From: Macrostomum lignano
Taxonomy: Eukaryota
NCBI GenBank assembly: GCA_002269645.1
Contig: NIVC01001217.1
Coordinates: 78,247 to 142,246 of the forward strand
Reading direction: 5' to 3'
Length of the DNA stretch: 64,000 nt
Shown: positions 26,301 through 37,472 of the stretch, piece by piece
How the letters are laid out: each line of letters begins with the position of its first letter
How positions within the stretch are numbered: position 1 is the first letter of the stretch
Program-made: the position numbers and the translations under genes
The notes under the pieces: generated by a model
What the model saw: the letters and a program-made list of their open reading frames with translations, nothing else
The model's database searches: none
Told to the model about the DNA's origin: nothing

Positions 26301-29300
26301 CAGCCCCGGCCCGGGGAGCCGCCATCTGCTTAGCCGCTGGCTCGCCGCCCGCGAGGCCAGCCTTCATCGTCGGCGACTTCAACTTGGCGGCGACGCGGCC
26401 TCGGCTCGCCGTCAGCTGGCATTGAACTCGACGGCCGCTGCACAGCTGCGGGCCTGGAAGTCGGAGGTCGAGCAGCTGCTGCGGATGCTGGACGATGCAG
26501 ATGCTCGGCTGCGGTGCCGCTGGTCGGAGCTGCTGGCTGGCGAGTCCGACCTCAGCGACAGAGCCGCGGTGGCGGCTGACGGGCTGGCGAGCATCGAGCA
26601 GCTGTTGCGGCTGCCCCTGCCGACGCAGCAGCTGGGCGCCGCGCTGGACGCTGAGTGGCGCCGCCTGGAGGCGGTCGGCGCGGTGCCCTGTCACACGCTG
26701 ACTGCCCAGATGGAGGCGGCGATCTCGGCTGCTGCGGCGAAAGACGACGATGGCAGCGGTGACGCAGCGAAGCTGGAGGCCGCTGTGGACGAGTGCCTCG
26801 GCGAGGTCGGTTGGGATGATTGGGCTTTAGCACCAGGGGCTTTAGCACCAGGGGCTTTTGCACCTACTCAATATAGCCGGGAAGTGGCTAAAATTCCCAA
26901 ATTGAATCCAGGCCCGGTCAGTCTGTCTGGCGGACTTTCTCTCCTGGGCGCTGGACGGCGCTGGGCGGCACCAGCTGGCCTGGCTGCCAGCTCTGGAGCG
27001 GCTCTCCGAGGCCACAGGCCGCAGACACCGCGTCAGCTGCTCGGGCTGCGGACGGCGCCCAATTCGAGGCGTTCGATTCCGCTGCCTGCGCTGCCTGCGG
27101 CTCAACCTCTGCCTGGACTGCCGTCTGCGCGGAGTTGGCGGCGACGCTGGAACTCGAACTTCAAACTGCGGCTGCTGGGGTCAGCGAGTGTCGTCGGGCG
27201 GCCACCGGGAAGATCACCCGATGCTGCAGTGCTCAAGAGGTCCGGGCCTGCGGGAGGAGCTGAGCAGCCTGGGCAGGGCGATTCGGCGACGAGTTTTGCG
27301 TCCTCGACGGCGGCGGCAGCGGCAGCTCCAAGAGTCGACTGAAGTGCAGCCGAGAGCTGCGCATGGATTGTAAGGAAGGCCGTTTTATTTATGCTCTGAC
27401 TCAGGCCACCCGCTGTTATCCCATACAGCGAATCCCAGTGTTCGTAATTTGTTAAGGGTCGTGGTTTCGTAGAAAGGATAACAAAGTGGCTTTGGAAAGT
27501 GGGTCATTTTTTAGAGTCAGGGGCCTGTGTGCACCCTGGCGCACTTTAAGCGACATTGTCGCACAACCGGCGAGAAGCATTGCTGCCCATTCCGCCGACT
27601 CCCCTGAGCAGGCACACAAGCGCGCGGATACGTACGCAGTCATACGCACAGGCACACACTCACACAGGAGTGTACAGCGGCCCTAACTTTATTTATCGTT
27701 AGGCATGTACACTTCACTGTGCCTTGGTGGTTGGACCTCAAGGCCGTTAATTGCACGAGCAGAGCCAAGCCGAGATTCCAATTCAGCTCCAAATTAATGT
27801 GACTGCACTGGGAATCGAGCCTGGGCCGCTGGTACATGAGAGCGCCGCGCTGGACCCTTACGATTTGTTTAACTTTGAATCGAATTTGCAGCTTAAATGT
27901 CCGAGGGTACCTGAAAAATGAGCTTCATCAGGGGATATTCAAAGCTAGGGAGAGAGAGAGAAAAGAGATAAACGGAGCGGCAACCCAGGCCAAGTATTCC
28001 GTCTGCTACTTTCCTTAAAAATTGCTGCGGGCCACCCGCTCAAGCAGAAGAAACTATATAGAAAAGCTGAATATATGGCGGAGCAACCGGCTAAGGGTTA
28101 ATGGCTAAAAGACGTATCGATTTACCGAGCTTAGAATGCTGGAATGGAGGATGCGGCGTCTTCAATGGGATTTGTGCAGCTCGAGTAACCTGAGGAACGC
28201 AGTAGATGGTTGCCCAGTGAGGTCTCTGCTATACTCGCGACTGACCGGATGTGGCCTCAGAGCAAAGCTGACAAAACTGTTTGCTTTGGCTGGCTTATCT
28301 GGTGTGCTGCAAATATGCTGACAGTACGAGACTGACAAAACTGACTGTGATGATCTTGAATGGCGCTGAGCCTACCATTCGGAATGGTCTTCATCGTTTA
28401 GGTCAACTTCATCCCCTCCCTTCAGCCTTCCTTCAGCCCCTCCCTTCAGCCTTCCTTCAGCCCCTCCCTTCAACCCCTCTCTTCAGCCCCTCCCCTTAAC
28501 TCCTCCCTTCAGCCCTCCCTTCAGCCCCTCCCTTCAGCCCATCCTTCAACCCCTCCTTTCAGCCCTCCCTTCAACCCTTCCCTTCAGCCCTCCCTTCAGC
28601 CCCTCCTTTCAGCCCTCCCTTCAACCCCTCCTTTCAGCCCTCCCTTCAACCCTTCCCTTCAGCCCTCCCTTCAGCCCCTCCCTTCAGCCCTCCCTTCAAC
28701 CCCTCCTTTCAGCCCTCCCTTCAACCCTTCCCTTCAGCCCTCCCTTCAGCCCCTCCCTTCAGCCCTCCCTTCAACCCCTCCTTTCAGCCCTCCCTTCAAC
28801 CCTTCCCTTCAGCCCTCCCTTCAGCCCCTCCTTTCAGCCCTCCCTTCAACCCCTCCTTTCAGCCCTCCCTTCAACCCTTCCCTTCAGCCCTCCCTTCAAC
28901 CCCTCCCTTCAGCCCTCCCTTCAACCCCTCCCTTCAGCCCTCCCTTCTCTTTCTCTTATTCCTTTGTACAGTCGAAGCGCTCTTCATTTGCGCTCCCGCA
29001 ACAATTTCCATTCAGCAGTTGCCCATAGCCGAATGAAATTATTGGCACTCTGCTCCCATTGGCTACAGCATCCAAGCCTCATCTTTGATAACACGCACTG
29101 TCCTCCTAGTTTAGAAACTTAGAATTAGAAGTGCTGCGGCTCATAGGAAAATCTACGCCTTGAGATGCGGCGGCAGCAGCAGCAGCTCCAGAGCCAACAC
29201 GACTTCGCCCGCTGCCCCCGCAGGAACTCGGATTCCGAGCACCAGGCAGTCCGGACCGAAGGAGCCATCGACGAGGAGCACCGGTTGATTGCGGCGTACA

Positions 29301-32300
29301 CCGGCGAGCTGAGATCTCGCCTGCCGGAGGCTGCGGCCGCCTCATCAGCGACTGTTGAGACTCTAGAGCGCGAGCTGGAGATTGAGAGCGTGAAGCTGCA
29401 GGTAAGGCAGGCGGTGAACTTCAGGTTCTGCTGGTGTACTTCAGGTGGATTACAGGTTCTGATGGTGTACTTCAGGTGGATTTCAGGTTCTGATGGTGTA
29501 CTTCAGGTGGATTACAGGTTCTGTTGGTGTACTTCAGGTGGATTTCAGGTTCTGATGGTGTACTTCAGGTGGATTACAGGTTCGGTTGGTGTACTTCAGT
29601 TAGATTTCAGGTTCTGCTGGTGTACTTCAGGTGGATTACAGGTTCTGTTGGTGTACTTCAGGTGGATTACAGGTTCTGATGGTGTACTTCAGGTGGATTA
29701 CAGGTTCTGATGGTGTACTTCAGGTGGAATTCAGGTTCTGATGGTGTACTTCAGGTGGAATTCAGGTTCTGATGGTGTACTTCAGGTGGAATTCAGGTTC
29801 TGATGGTGTACTTCAGGTGGATTACAGGTTCTGATGGTGTACTTCAGGTGGATTACAGGTTCTGCTGGTGTACTTCAGGTGGATTACAGGTTCTGCTGGT
29901 GTACTTCAGGTGGATTACAGGTTCTGTTGGTGTACTTCAGGTGGATTACAGGTTCTGATGGTGTACTTCAGGTGGATTACAGGTTCTGATAGTGTATTTC
30001 AGGTGGAATTCAGGTTCTGATGGTGTACTTCAGGTGGAATTCAGGTTCTGATGGTGTACTTCAGGTGGATTACAGGTTCTGATAGTGTACTTCAGGTGGA
30101 TTACAGGTTCTGATAGTGTACTTCAGGTGGATTACAGGTTCTGATGGTGTACTTCAGGTGGATTACAGGTTCTGATGGTGTATTTCAGGTGGATTACAGG
30201 TTCTGATGGTGTACTTCAGGTGGATTACAGGTTCTTCTGGTGTACTTCAGGTGGTTCTGAGAATGTATTTCAGGTTAAAATCAAGATTCTAAGACTGTAC
30301 ACTTGAGGTGAACTTCAGTGAGACAAAACTTTATAAAGAAGTCAGGAGCTTCTGCGGGTGGTACTTCAAGCCATGTTTTCCGTGAGAGTGCAATTAGCGC
30401 AACTCGAATCATTTTTACAAATTACAAATCATTGACTTCAGGGGACTCAAAATGCACTTTATCTGTATGCTGCTAACTTGAGCTCGGCGCTGCGGCTGGC
30501 CCTTTCTGTGTAAAGGAAAGTCTTCTTTTGTAAAATGCAGATTCCAGTTTTGGTACCCACTTGGTAAACCATGGATTGTAATCCCTCAAATGACTAGATC
30601 CCGTCTCCCAGCCTGTGGGCTCATTGTGGAAGTCGGCGCTGGTGTGTAAAAATCTCTTTCATAAAATCTTTCATAACCCCCCTCCAGCTACCGCAGCCTC
30701 CGGAGCTGGGAAGTTGCAGAATTTGTGCGGAGAACTTTTGGGATTTGTGATTAGGGAGTTTTGCAGTGGAATGGAAACTGGTAGAGTGATGAAGATCTCC
30801 GACGGCTGCCGGAGCCGAAACGAAAGTGATGGAGGGGGAGGCTGGGCTGCTGGCCTCTCTGGCACGATCCGGTGGTGAAGAATGGCGCGGAGGCTGAGCC
30901 GAGTAGGAAGCGGCAGGAATGTATAGAATAATGGGAGCAGAGGAGAGAAAAGTACATCGCTACCGCTCTCTCAAGGCCTCAGACCCGGAACTGCCTCTGC
31001 GTGACCAAAACTATGAAAGATTGACAAATATAAAAACAATGGACGGGGGCTATATAATGCTTTTGTGTAGCTAACTGTAAATTGTGCATACATGGACTAC
31101 TACGAGCGTAGTGCTCGCCTTAGTGAGGTTGCAAGCTTTCAGAGAAATTTCAGCTATTATTTATCTCTGACAGATTTATTTTATTGTCTAAGCATCTTTT
31201 TACTTTTAGTGTATTGAGGCAGTGGAAGTCTGTATGCATGTAATACGCTATGCTATATTGTACTGTGTCAGCTGCCTTTGTTTTCTGCCCTGGTTAAATT
31301 TGGGCCAATTGGTTTCTGCAGTACCGCTACACCTCCTCTGCTCACCTCTCGGAATTCTAAGTGGCACTCGGTGAGTACGGCTGAGAATTGGCCTTCTACA
31401 GAGGAATTTCTCACCCTCTCAGAGAGAGCTTAGGAATTGCTTCTCAGCATCTTTTTCTTGACAATTTTCAGACATTTGTGGAAAATTCTGAAGACCATTC
31501 AGTTCTGTTTGCCGATGTTTTTAAGGTGAAAGAATTTGATGTGATTGAGGGTGTTTAGTTGGGGCAATTGACGGTGTTTAGTTGGGGCAATTGACGGTGT
31601 TTAGTTGGGGCAATTGACGGTGTTTAGTTGGGGCAATTGACGGTGTTTAGTTGGGGCAATCGAGGGTGTTTAGTTGGGGCAATCGAGGGTGTATAGTTGG
31701 GGCAATTGGGGGTGTTTGGTTAGGGAAATTAAGGGTGTTTATTTGGGGCAATTAAGGGTGTTTAGTTGGGGTGATTGAGAATGTTTAGTTGAGGTAATTG
31801 AGTGTGTTTGGTTAGGGAAATCGAGGGTGTTTAATTGGGGCAATTGGGGGAGTTTAGTTGGGGCAATCGAGGGTGTTTAGTTGGGGCAATTGGGGGAGTT
31901 TAGTTGGGGAAATTAAGGGTGTTTAGTTGGGGCGATTGAGAATGTTTAGTTGGGGTAATTGAGGGTGTTTAGTTGGGGCGATTGAGGGTGTTTAAGTGAG
32001 GCAATAGGGGAATTTAGGCAGTTTTGTGTGCGATTTAATCAGCATTTTAGGGACGATCCAATCTATTTTCAGTGTTCGATACGACTGCTGATCTAAAAGA
32101 GCAGTTCTGTTAGCCATTTGGCATTTAGGATTATTTTTCAAGGCACAATGGTTCTCCTAATAGGGAAAAGTATAGGAATGTATTTAGGGATTTTGTACTT
32201 TGTACTTTGTACAAAACTTAGCTAGCTGATATACAATCTATAGGAAGTATACGCACATGAGGTCAAGTGCAGTGCAGCGCATATTCTCAGATGGCACCGT

Positions 32301-33827
32301 TGTGCTGGGATTATACTGGGAGGGAGAAAATTAGTCAAGAGAGGAGAAAGTTATTACGCGAATCTAGGGGGTTAGCCAGGCATATCCCATGCATGTAGCT
32401 GCTCCCCATCCTGATTTATTGCCCACTGGCTGGGTTGGGGGGGGGGGGTGTTTGCTGCTGCAGACTTTTCTCACACAATTAGACAGGCATCACGACCAAG
32501 CTAGAGTAGGGCGCTGTACTCGAGCAACCTCAAGCAAAAACCATAGTTGTGGCCATCAGTGATACTGTACTCGTACCGTAAACATTTGGCCCTAAGCTAC
32601 ACGGACTACCATAGACTATTTTTGTTTTCTATAAATGAACTTCACTGTTATTAACAGGCACAGACATTGGCCCACCGGTACAATAATTACCATAGACAAA
32701 ACCATAAGTATCATGGGATATTATGTGGTAAACTTGTATGTCTGTATTTCAGATGAGCAATCCAGTGTATTCCTTCATCCATGCCATGATAAAAAATGTT
32801 TCAAGGTCCGGTCTTACGTTCTAACTTAACTTTTACAACTGTAGGAAGCACAGTGCCTATGCAATAGTGCAATAGAGGAAAAGTTGATAAATAATTAAAT
32901 AAGGCTCCGACTTCTTTGAACGAAATGTAGTCTCAGCTGTATGCAGTGCTGAGGCCAGCTCAAAATAGTGAAGATTTGGGATAAAAGTTTTGTAGAGAGG
33001 TAATATGCCATCTTAGTAGAGGTGAGATTAAATTTCAGTAGACAGGTGAGATGAAATCTAAGTAGACAGGTGAGATGAGATCTCAGTAGACAGGTGAGAT
33101 GAGTTCTCAGTAGACAGGTGAGATGAGATCTCAGTAGACAGGTAAGATGAGATCTCAGTAGACGGATAAGATGATATTCTCAGTAGACAGGTGGGATGAG
33201 ATCTAAGTAGACAGGTGAGATGAGATCTCAGTAGACAGGTGAGATGAGTTCTCAGTAGACAGGTGAGATGAGATCTCAGTAGACAGGTAAGATGAGATCT
33301 CAGTAGACAGGTGAGATGAGATCTTTTAAGTAAAGTTTCAATAAATTTGACAGGAGATTTTGAATAAGAATCACAATAAGACAGTTGATCTAAAGGAGAA
33401 TTCGTATTCAGTCCTCAGCGAAGGCTTACAGGAAATGCCCTCCATCCTGCACCCCAAGGCTGAGTTCGACCGACTCATGTCCGGCTGCCACGGTGGCGGC
33501 GTCGCCTCGAACGGCTGGGCAGGCGGCACGGAGGCGGCGGCAGCGGCGGCGGCCGAGGCCAGACTGCTGCGAGCTCAGCGAGGCCGCCTTGAGCAGCGAA
33601 TGGCGGTGCTGGAGGAGCAAAACCGGCGCCTGGAGACTCAGCTGGTCCGCCTGCGGCGCCTCCTCACTCCGCCGTCGTCGGCGACAGCTAGGCCGCGTCG
33701 GCCGGAGAGTCGGGGCATTGTCGGCAGCAGATCGTCCGTTAGCTGCCTGCTGGCCATGGCGGCCCGGCTGAGCACCGCCATGGGGCAGCTGGTTGACGTC
33801 GTAAACTCGGGCGACGCCAGTCCCTGA
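20397..33827 (+). CDS. Short dystrophin/dystrobrevin-family protein, 5' incomplete: join(20397..20468,22251..22385,23728..23862,23935..23993,24596..24755,24840..24939,25120..25342,26205..26805,26912..27369,29224..29401,33459..33827)
   Basis: GT-AG exons chain in consistent phase to 2490 nt (829 aa + stop). Motifs: EF-hand-region-like MLTSGKFSAFIMDAASLIGLSDRLSTFGG; LEAAVDECLGE|ARSVCLADFLSW...LAWLPALERL; ZZ finger CSGC..CLRC..CLDC..HREDHPM; IDEEHRLIAAY; KLQ|AEFDRL; AEARLLRAQRGRLEQRMAVLEEQNRRLETQLVRLRRLL; terminal LLAMAARLSTAMGQLVDVV. The middle low-complexity exons and the 24755/24840 and 33459 (alternative 33432) boundaries are less certain. Confidence 0.8.
20478..20975. repeat. 45-bp composite minisatellite ACACTGGCATAAATCTCACAGACCGCTCTTGCATAACACTGTTAG
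   Basis: Begins a few nt after the 20469 donor. Confidence 0.92.
21005..21668. repeat. 17-bp minisatellite CAGCTACTGAGATACCY
   Basis: Tandem units. Confidence 0.93.
22410..23687. repeat. 34-bp minisatellite GAGATCTATGAGAGCTCTCGAGTCTTAGATAATT
   Basis: Fills the 22386-23727 intron; degenerate at both edges. Confidence 0.95.
24030..24545. repeat. TCAC/CCCTT low-complexity repeat
   Basis: Direct reading. Confidence 0.85.
24962..25103. repeat. 12-13-bp repeat GTGTCAGAGTGA(G)
   Basis: Fills the 24940-25119 intron. Confidence 0.88.
25446..26208. repeat. 16-bp near-perfect minisatellite GCTCCATCATTCCCCA
   Basis: Highly homogeneous; the last unit overlaps the 26204/26205 acceptor. Confidence 0.95.
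26912..27369 (+). CDS. ZZ zinc-finger exon of the dystrophin-family gene (mostly missed by the ORF track, which reads through intron 26806-26911 into another frame)
   Basis: tccag|GCC at 26912 and TT|gtaagg at 27369. Encodes HRVSCSGCGRRPIRGVRFRCLRCLRLNLCLDCRLRG...HREDHPMLQCSRGPGLREELSSLGRAIRRRV. Confidence 0.88.
27480..27862 (-). mobile_element. tRNA-Glu-like SINE candidate, antisense in an intron of the dystrophin-like gene
   Basis: Minus strand 27862-27803 reads CGTAAGGGTCCAGCGCGGCGCTCTCATGTACCAGCGGCCCAGGCTCGATTCCCAGTGCAG. It contains a tRNA-Glu(CTC)-like anticodon arm CGGCGCTCTCA and a B-box-like GGCTCGATTCCC. No A box is evident. The body (27520-27734) has a diverged copy at 3818-4006. 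Confidence 0.6.
28136..28270 (+). mobile_element. Possible degenerate non-LTR retrotransposon (RTE-like) C-terminal fragment
   Basis: MRRLQW...VDGCPVRSLLYSRLTG resembles the RRLRW(AGH)...DGRPVR.LLY segment of RTE ORF2 ends, but the GH residues are missing. Confidence 0.25.
28413..28946. repeat. 13-14-bp pyrimidine-rich repeat CCCTCCCTTCAGC
   Basis: Tandem units. Confidence 0.92.
29420..30255. repeat. 31-bp minisatellite CAGGTGGATTACAGGTTCTGATGGTGTACTT
   Basis: Begins just after the 29402 donor. Confidence 0.95.
31551..32005. repeat. 23-bp minisatellite GGTGTTTAGTTGGGGCAATTGAC
   Basis: Tandem, degenerate units. Confidence 0.88.
33040..33323. repeat. 24-bp minisatellite AGTAGACAGGTGAGATGAGATCTC
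   Basis: Tandem units. Confidence 0.92.
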
Positions 33828-34052
33828 CTGCCTGAGGGTCCTGAGGTCCCTGACTGCCTGAGGGTTCTGAGGTCCCTGACTGCCTGAGGGTCCTGAGGTC
33901 CCTGACTGCCTGAGGGTCCTGAGGTCCCTGACTGCCTGAGGGTCCTGAGGTCCCTGACTGCCTGAGGGATCTGAGGTCCCTGACTGCCTGAGGGTCCTGA
34001 GGTCCCTGACTGCCTGAGGGTTCTGAGGCCCCTGACTGCCTGAGGGTTCTGA
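33820..34052. repeat. 26-bp minisatellite GGTCCCTGACTGCCTGAGGGTCCTGA
   Basis: The first unit overlaps the stop codon of the dystrophin-like gene. Confidence 0.92.
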
Positions 34053-34501
34053 GAAAGATGTTGCTGCCAAGGTGCCCACAACTCTGCTGTAAATTGATAT
34101 ATTGATATATATATTGCTACATGGAAATTGAACTAGCAATACGTCGATCTTTCGCAAACAGTTTTTTCATAGTCACTTTTAGTTTACCAACCTAACAATG
34201 CGACATGCTCGTAGCTGAGCATAGTGAATTCGACATTTACGGTAAATGTAAGGTTCCATTCCAGATGCTATTTTTAGAACTCCATGACTTCGATTTAGAG
34301 CGAGCGATCGTAGAGACTTACGAATCCTTTGCGAAACAGGTCTTTTGCGCAAAGTTGCGAGCCAAGGGAGAGATTTCCTGATAATTAGTTTTTTCTGCGC
34401 GTTGTTAATTGTTAATTCTTGTTAATTTACGAGCTCTGCTATAGTTACTTCATTGTTGCGCAGCAAAAGTTGTAAAGGGAATTATCGATTTTTGTAGTTT
34501 T

Positions 34502-35172
34502 ACCAGGATGCATGGGGAATCCCTGTTCACCTGGGAATTCTACCAGGATGCATGGGGAATTCCACCAGGATGCATGGGGAATCCCTGTTCACCTAGGAAT
34601 TCTACCAGGATGCATGGGGAATCCCTGTTCACCTAGGAATTCTATCAGGATGCATGGGGAATCCCTGTTCACCTAGGAATTCTACCAGGATACATGGGGA
34701 ATCCCTGTTCACCGGGGAATTCTACCAGGATGCATGGGGAATCCCTGTTTACCGGGGAATTCTACCAGGATGCATGGGGAATTCTACCAGGATGCATGGG
34801 GAATCCCTGTTCACCTAGGAATTCTATCAGGATGCATGGGGAATCCCTGTTCACCTAGGAATTCTATCAGGATGCATGGGGAATCCCTGTTCACCTAGGA
34901 ATTCTACCAGGATGCATGGGGAATCCCTGTTCACCGGGGAATTCTACCAGGATGCATGGGGAATCCCTGTTCACCTAGGAATTCTACCAGGATGCATGGG
35001 GAATCCCTGTTCACCTGGGAATTCTACCAGGATGCATGGGGAATCCCTGTTCACCTGGGAATTCTACCAGGATGCATGGGGAATCCCTGTTCCCCTGGGA
35101 ATCTACCAGGATGCATGGGGAATCCCTGTTGATCTGGGAATTTCACCAGGATGCATGGGGAATCCCTGTCCA
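34502..35172. repeat. 40-bp minisatellite ACCAGGATGCATGGGGAATCCCTGTTCACCTAGGAATTCT
   Basis: Tandem units. Confidence 0.93.
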
Positions 35173-36124
35173 CCGTACCAAAGAATACCGGAGACTGTGA
35201 CCCACTTTTGTGATGGTATTAATTCATAATTTTAACAAACCTAATCTAAATGACTCTGAATAGCACCTAGAAATTTTTAGATGCCTATTTACTACAGAGA
35301 TATTTATAGGTCCGAAAGAGGACTGGATTAAAAATACAAAAACTGGATTTCTGACATCCATCAAGACTTGCTATATTTTGCTTTTAAAAGCTGCAGCCTT
35401 CACGTTTCTCTTCATCATTAATTTGCTTTTGTTTCTAAGCCTTGGAAGCTTATAGGGAAGCCTTCGTAGCAACAGAAGAGGTTGCATTTGACAGCGTTGA
35501 CAGCCAAGAAGCAACCCCCTCCCCAGCTGCCTGTCTTCATCAGGGCATGAGGAGGTGGGCAGATTTAATCCCCATCACATTTAGGCACTGAAGATGAAAG
35601 CAGACAAGGAAAATAGCTGAGGCATTCCATTTTTGTACTCGAGCAGGACTCAATCCGTAAAAAAATTAAGTCTTAGCACAAATGGGCTGACAGACTCTCT
35701 CTGTATAAGCGGTGTATTTGTGGTCTTGCTTATTTATTAAGTCACAATAATAAGCTTTGCATGTTAATTAACCAATTTATATATAGGTCTTTCATGGAAT
35801 CTGGATATTTTTCAAGCTGATATTAAAACTCGCACTAGGCCACTACTGACCTACTACTGTTATAAGTAGCAATGTGAGCTAGTGCTGCAACTTCTTTGTC
35901 AATACGCATTGAAGGAAACACGATGGAATAAGTAAAAATGCAGATGCACAAAGACGAGACAATGAAACAGACGGTTCACCGACAATTAACCTGGCATTGA
36001 CTGACACTGGGACTGGCGTGACAGACTGAGTAAATCTTCTTTCTTGCTCGGAACCAACAGAACTTGTTTTAAAAAAGTGCGCGACATCTTTAAGTGTATT
36101 ATCTAGTTGCCGCTTGACCTTCTA

Positions 36125-37245
36125 ATGGCACTTCCATGCTAGGAAATGGCACTTCCATACTAGGAAATGGCACTTCCATACTAGGAAATGGCACTTCCAT
36201 AATAGGAAATGGCACTTCCAGAATAGAAAATGGCACTTCCATGCTAGGAAATGGCACTTCCAGAATAGGAAATGGCACTTCCATAATAGGAAATGGCACT
36301 TCCAAAATAGGAAATGGCACTTCCATAATAGGAAATGGCACTTCCATATTAGGAAATGGCACTTCCATATTAGGAAATGGCACTTCCATACTAGGAAATG
36401 GCACTTTAATACTAGGAAATGGCACTTCCATAATAGGAAATGGCACTTCCATAATAGGAAATGGCACTTCCAAAATAGGAAATGGCACTTCCATAATAGG
36501 AAATGGCACTTCCATATTAGGAAATGGCACTTCCATATTAGGAAATGGCACTTCCATACTAGGAAATGGCACTTTAATACTAGGAAATGGCACTTCCATA
36601 ATAGAAAATGCCACTTCCATAATAGGAAATGGCACTTCCATACTAGGAAATGGCACTTCAATACTAGGAAATGGCACTTCCATAATAGGAAATGGCACTT
36701 CCAAAATAGGAAATGGCACTTCCATAATAGGAAATGGCACTTCCATATTAGGAAATGGCACTTCCATATTAGGAAATGGCACTTCCATACTAGGAAATGG
36801 CACTTTAATACTAGGAAATGGCACTTCCATAATAGGAAATGGCACTTCCATAATAGGAAATGGCACTTCCAAAATAGGAAATGGCACTTCCATAATAGGA
36901 AATGGCACTTCCATATTAGGAAATGGCACTTCCATATTAGGAAATGGCACTTCCATACTAGGAAATGGCACTTTAATACTAGGAAATGGCACTTCCATAA
37001 TAGAAAATGCCACTTCCATAATAGGAAATGGCACTTCCATACTAGGAAATGGCACTTCAATACTAGGAAATGGCACTTCCATAATAGAAAATGGCACTTC
37101 CATAATAGGAAATGGCACTTCCATACTAGGAAATGGCACTTCAATACTAGGAAATGGCACTTCCAACCATAATAGGAAATGGCACTTCCAACCATAATAG
37201 GAAATGGCACTTCCATAATAGGAAATGGAACAACCATAATAGGAA
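36125..37245. repeat. 21-bp minisatellite AGGAAATGGCACTTCCATAAT
   Basis: Tandem units downstream of the TIM44 stop. Confidence 0.95.
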
Positions 37246-37472
37246 ATGACACTCCATAATAGCAAATGAGAATTCCACATGGAAATGAGAATTCCACATA
37301 GCATCTAAGATAGCATCTTTACATAGAAATCGACAGTCGCACTGCCACACCCGCAAGGAGACCCTATATATCTAGACTGGGAAATGCTCGGCAGAGAAGC
37401 ACCGCCACTACTCTACACTACATATGTTGAAAAGAAACATGCACGCAAAGTTAATTTTATGAAACTCCCGAT

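Noticed and set aside
26806-27342. C-terminal half of the 306-aa ORF 26422..27342
   Set aside because: It reads through a 106-bp intron into the wrong frame; the real frame encodes the ZZ finger.
27803-27862. Functional tRNA-Glu gene
   Set aside because: The 5' acceptor stem, D arm and A box are missing and the variable region is expanded; treated as a SINE head.
30615-30910. GC-rich ORF as an extra dystrophin-like exon
   Set aside because: It ends in a stop, and KLQ|AEFDRL joins 29401 to 33459 without it.
36099-37304. (LGNGTSI)n and (MEVPFPI)n ORFs resembling antifreeze or glycoprotein repeats
   Set aside because: A 21-bp array open in multiple frames and strands, with no signal peptide or splice context.
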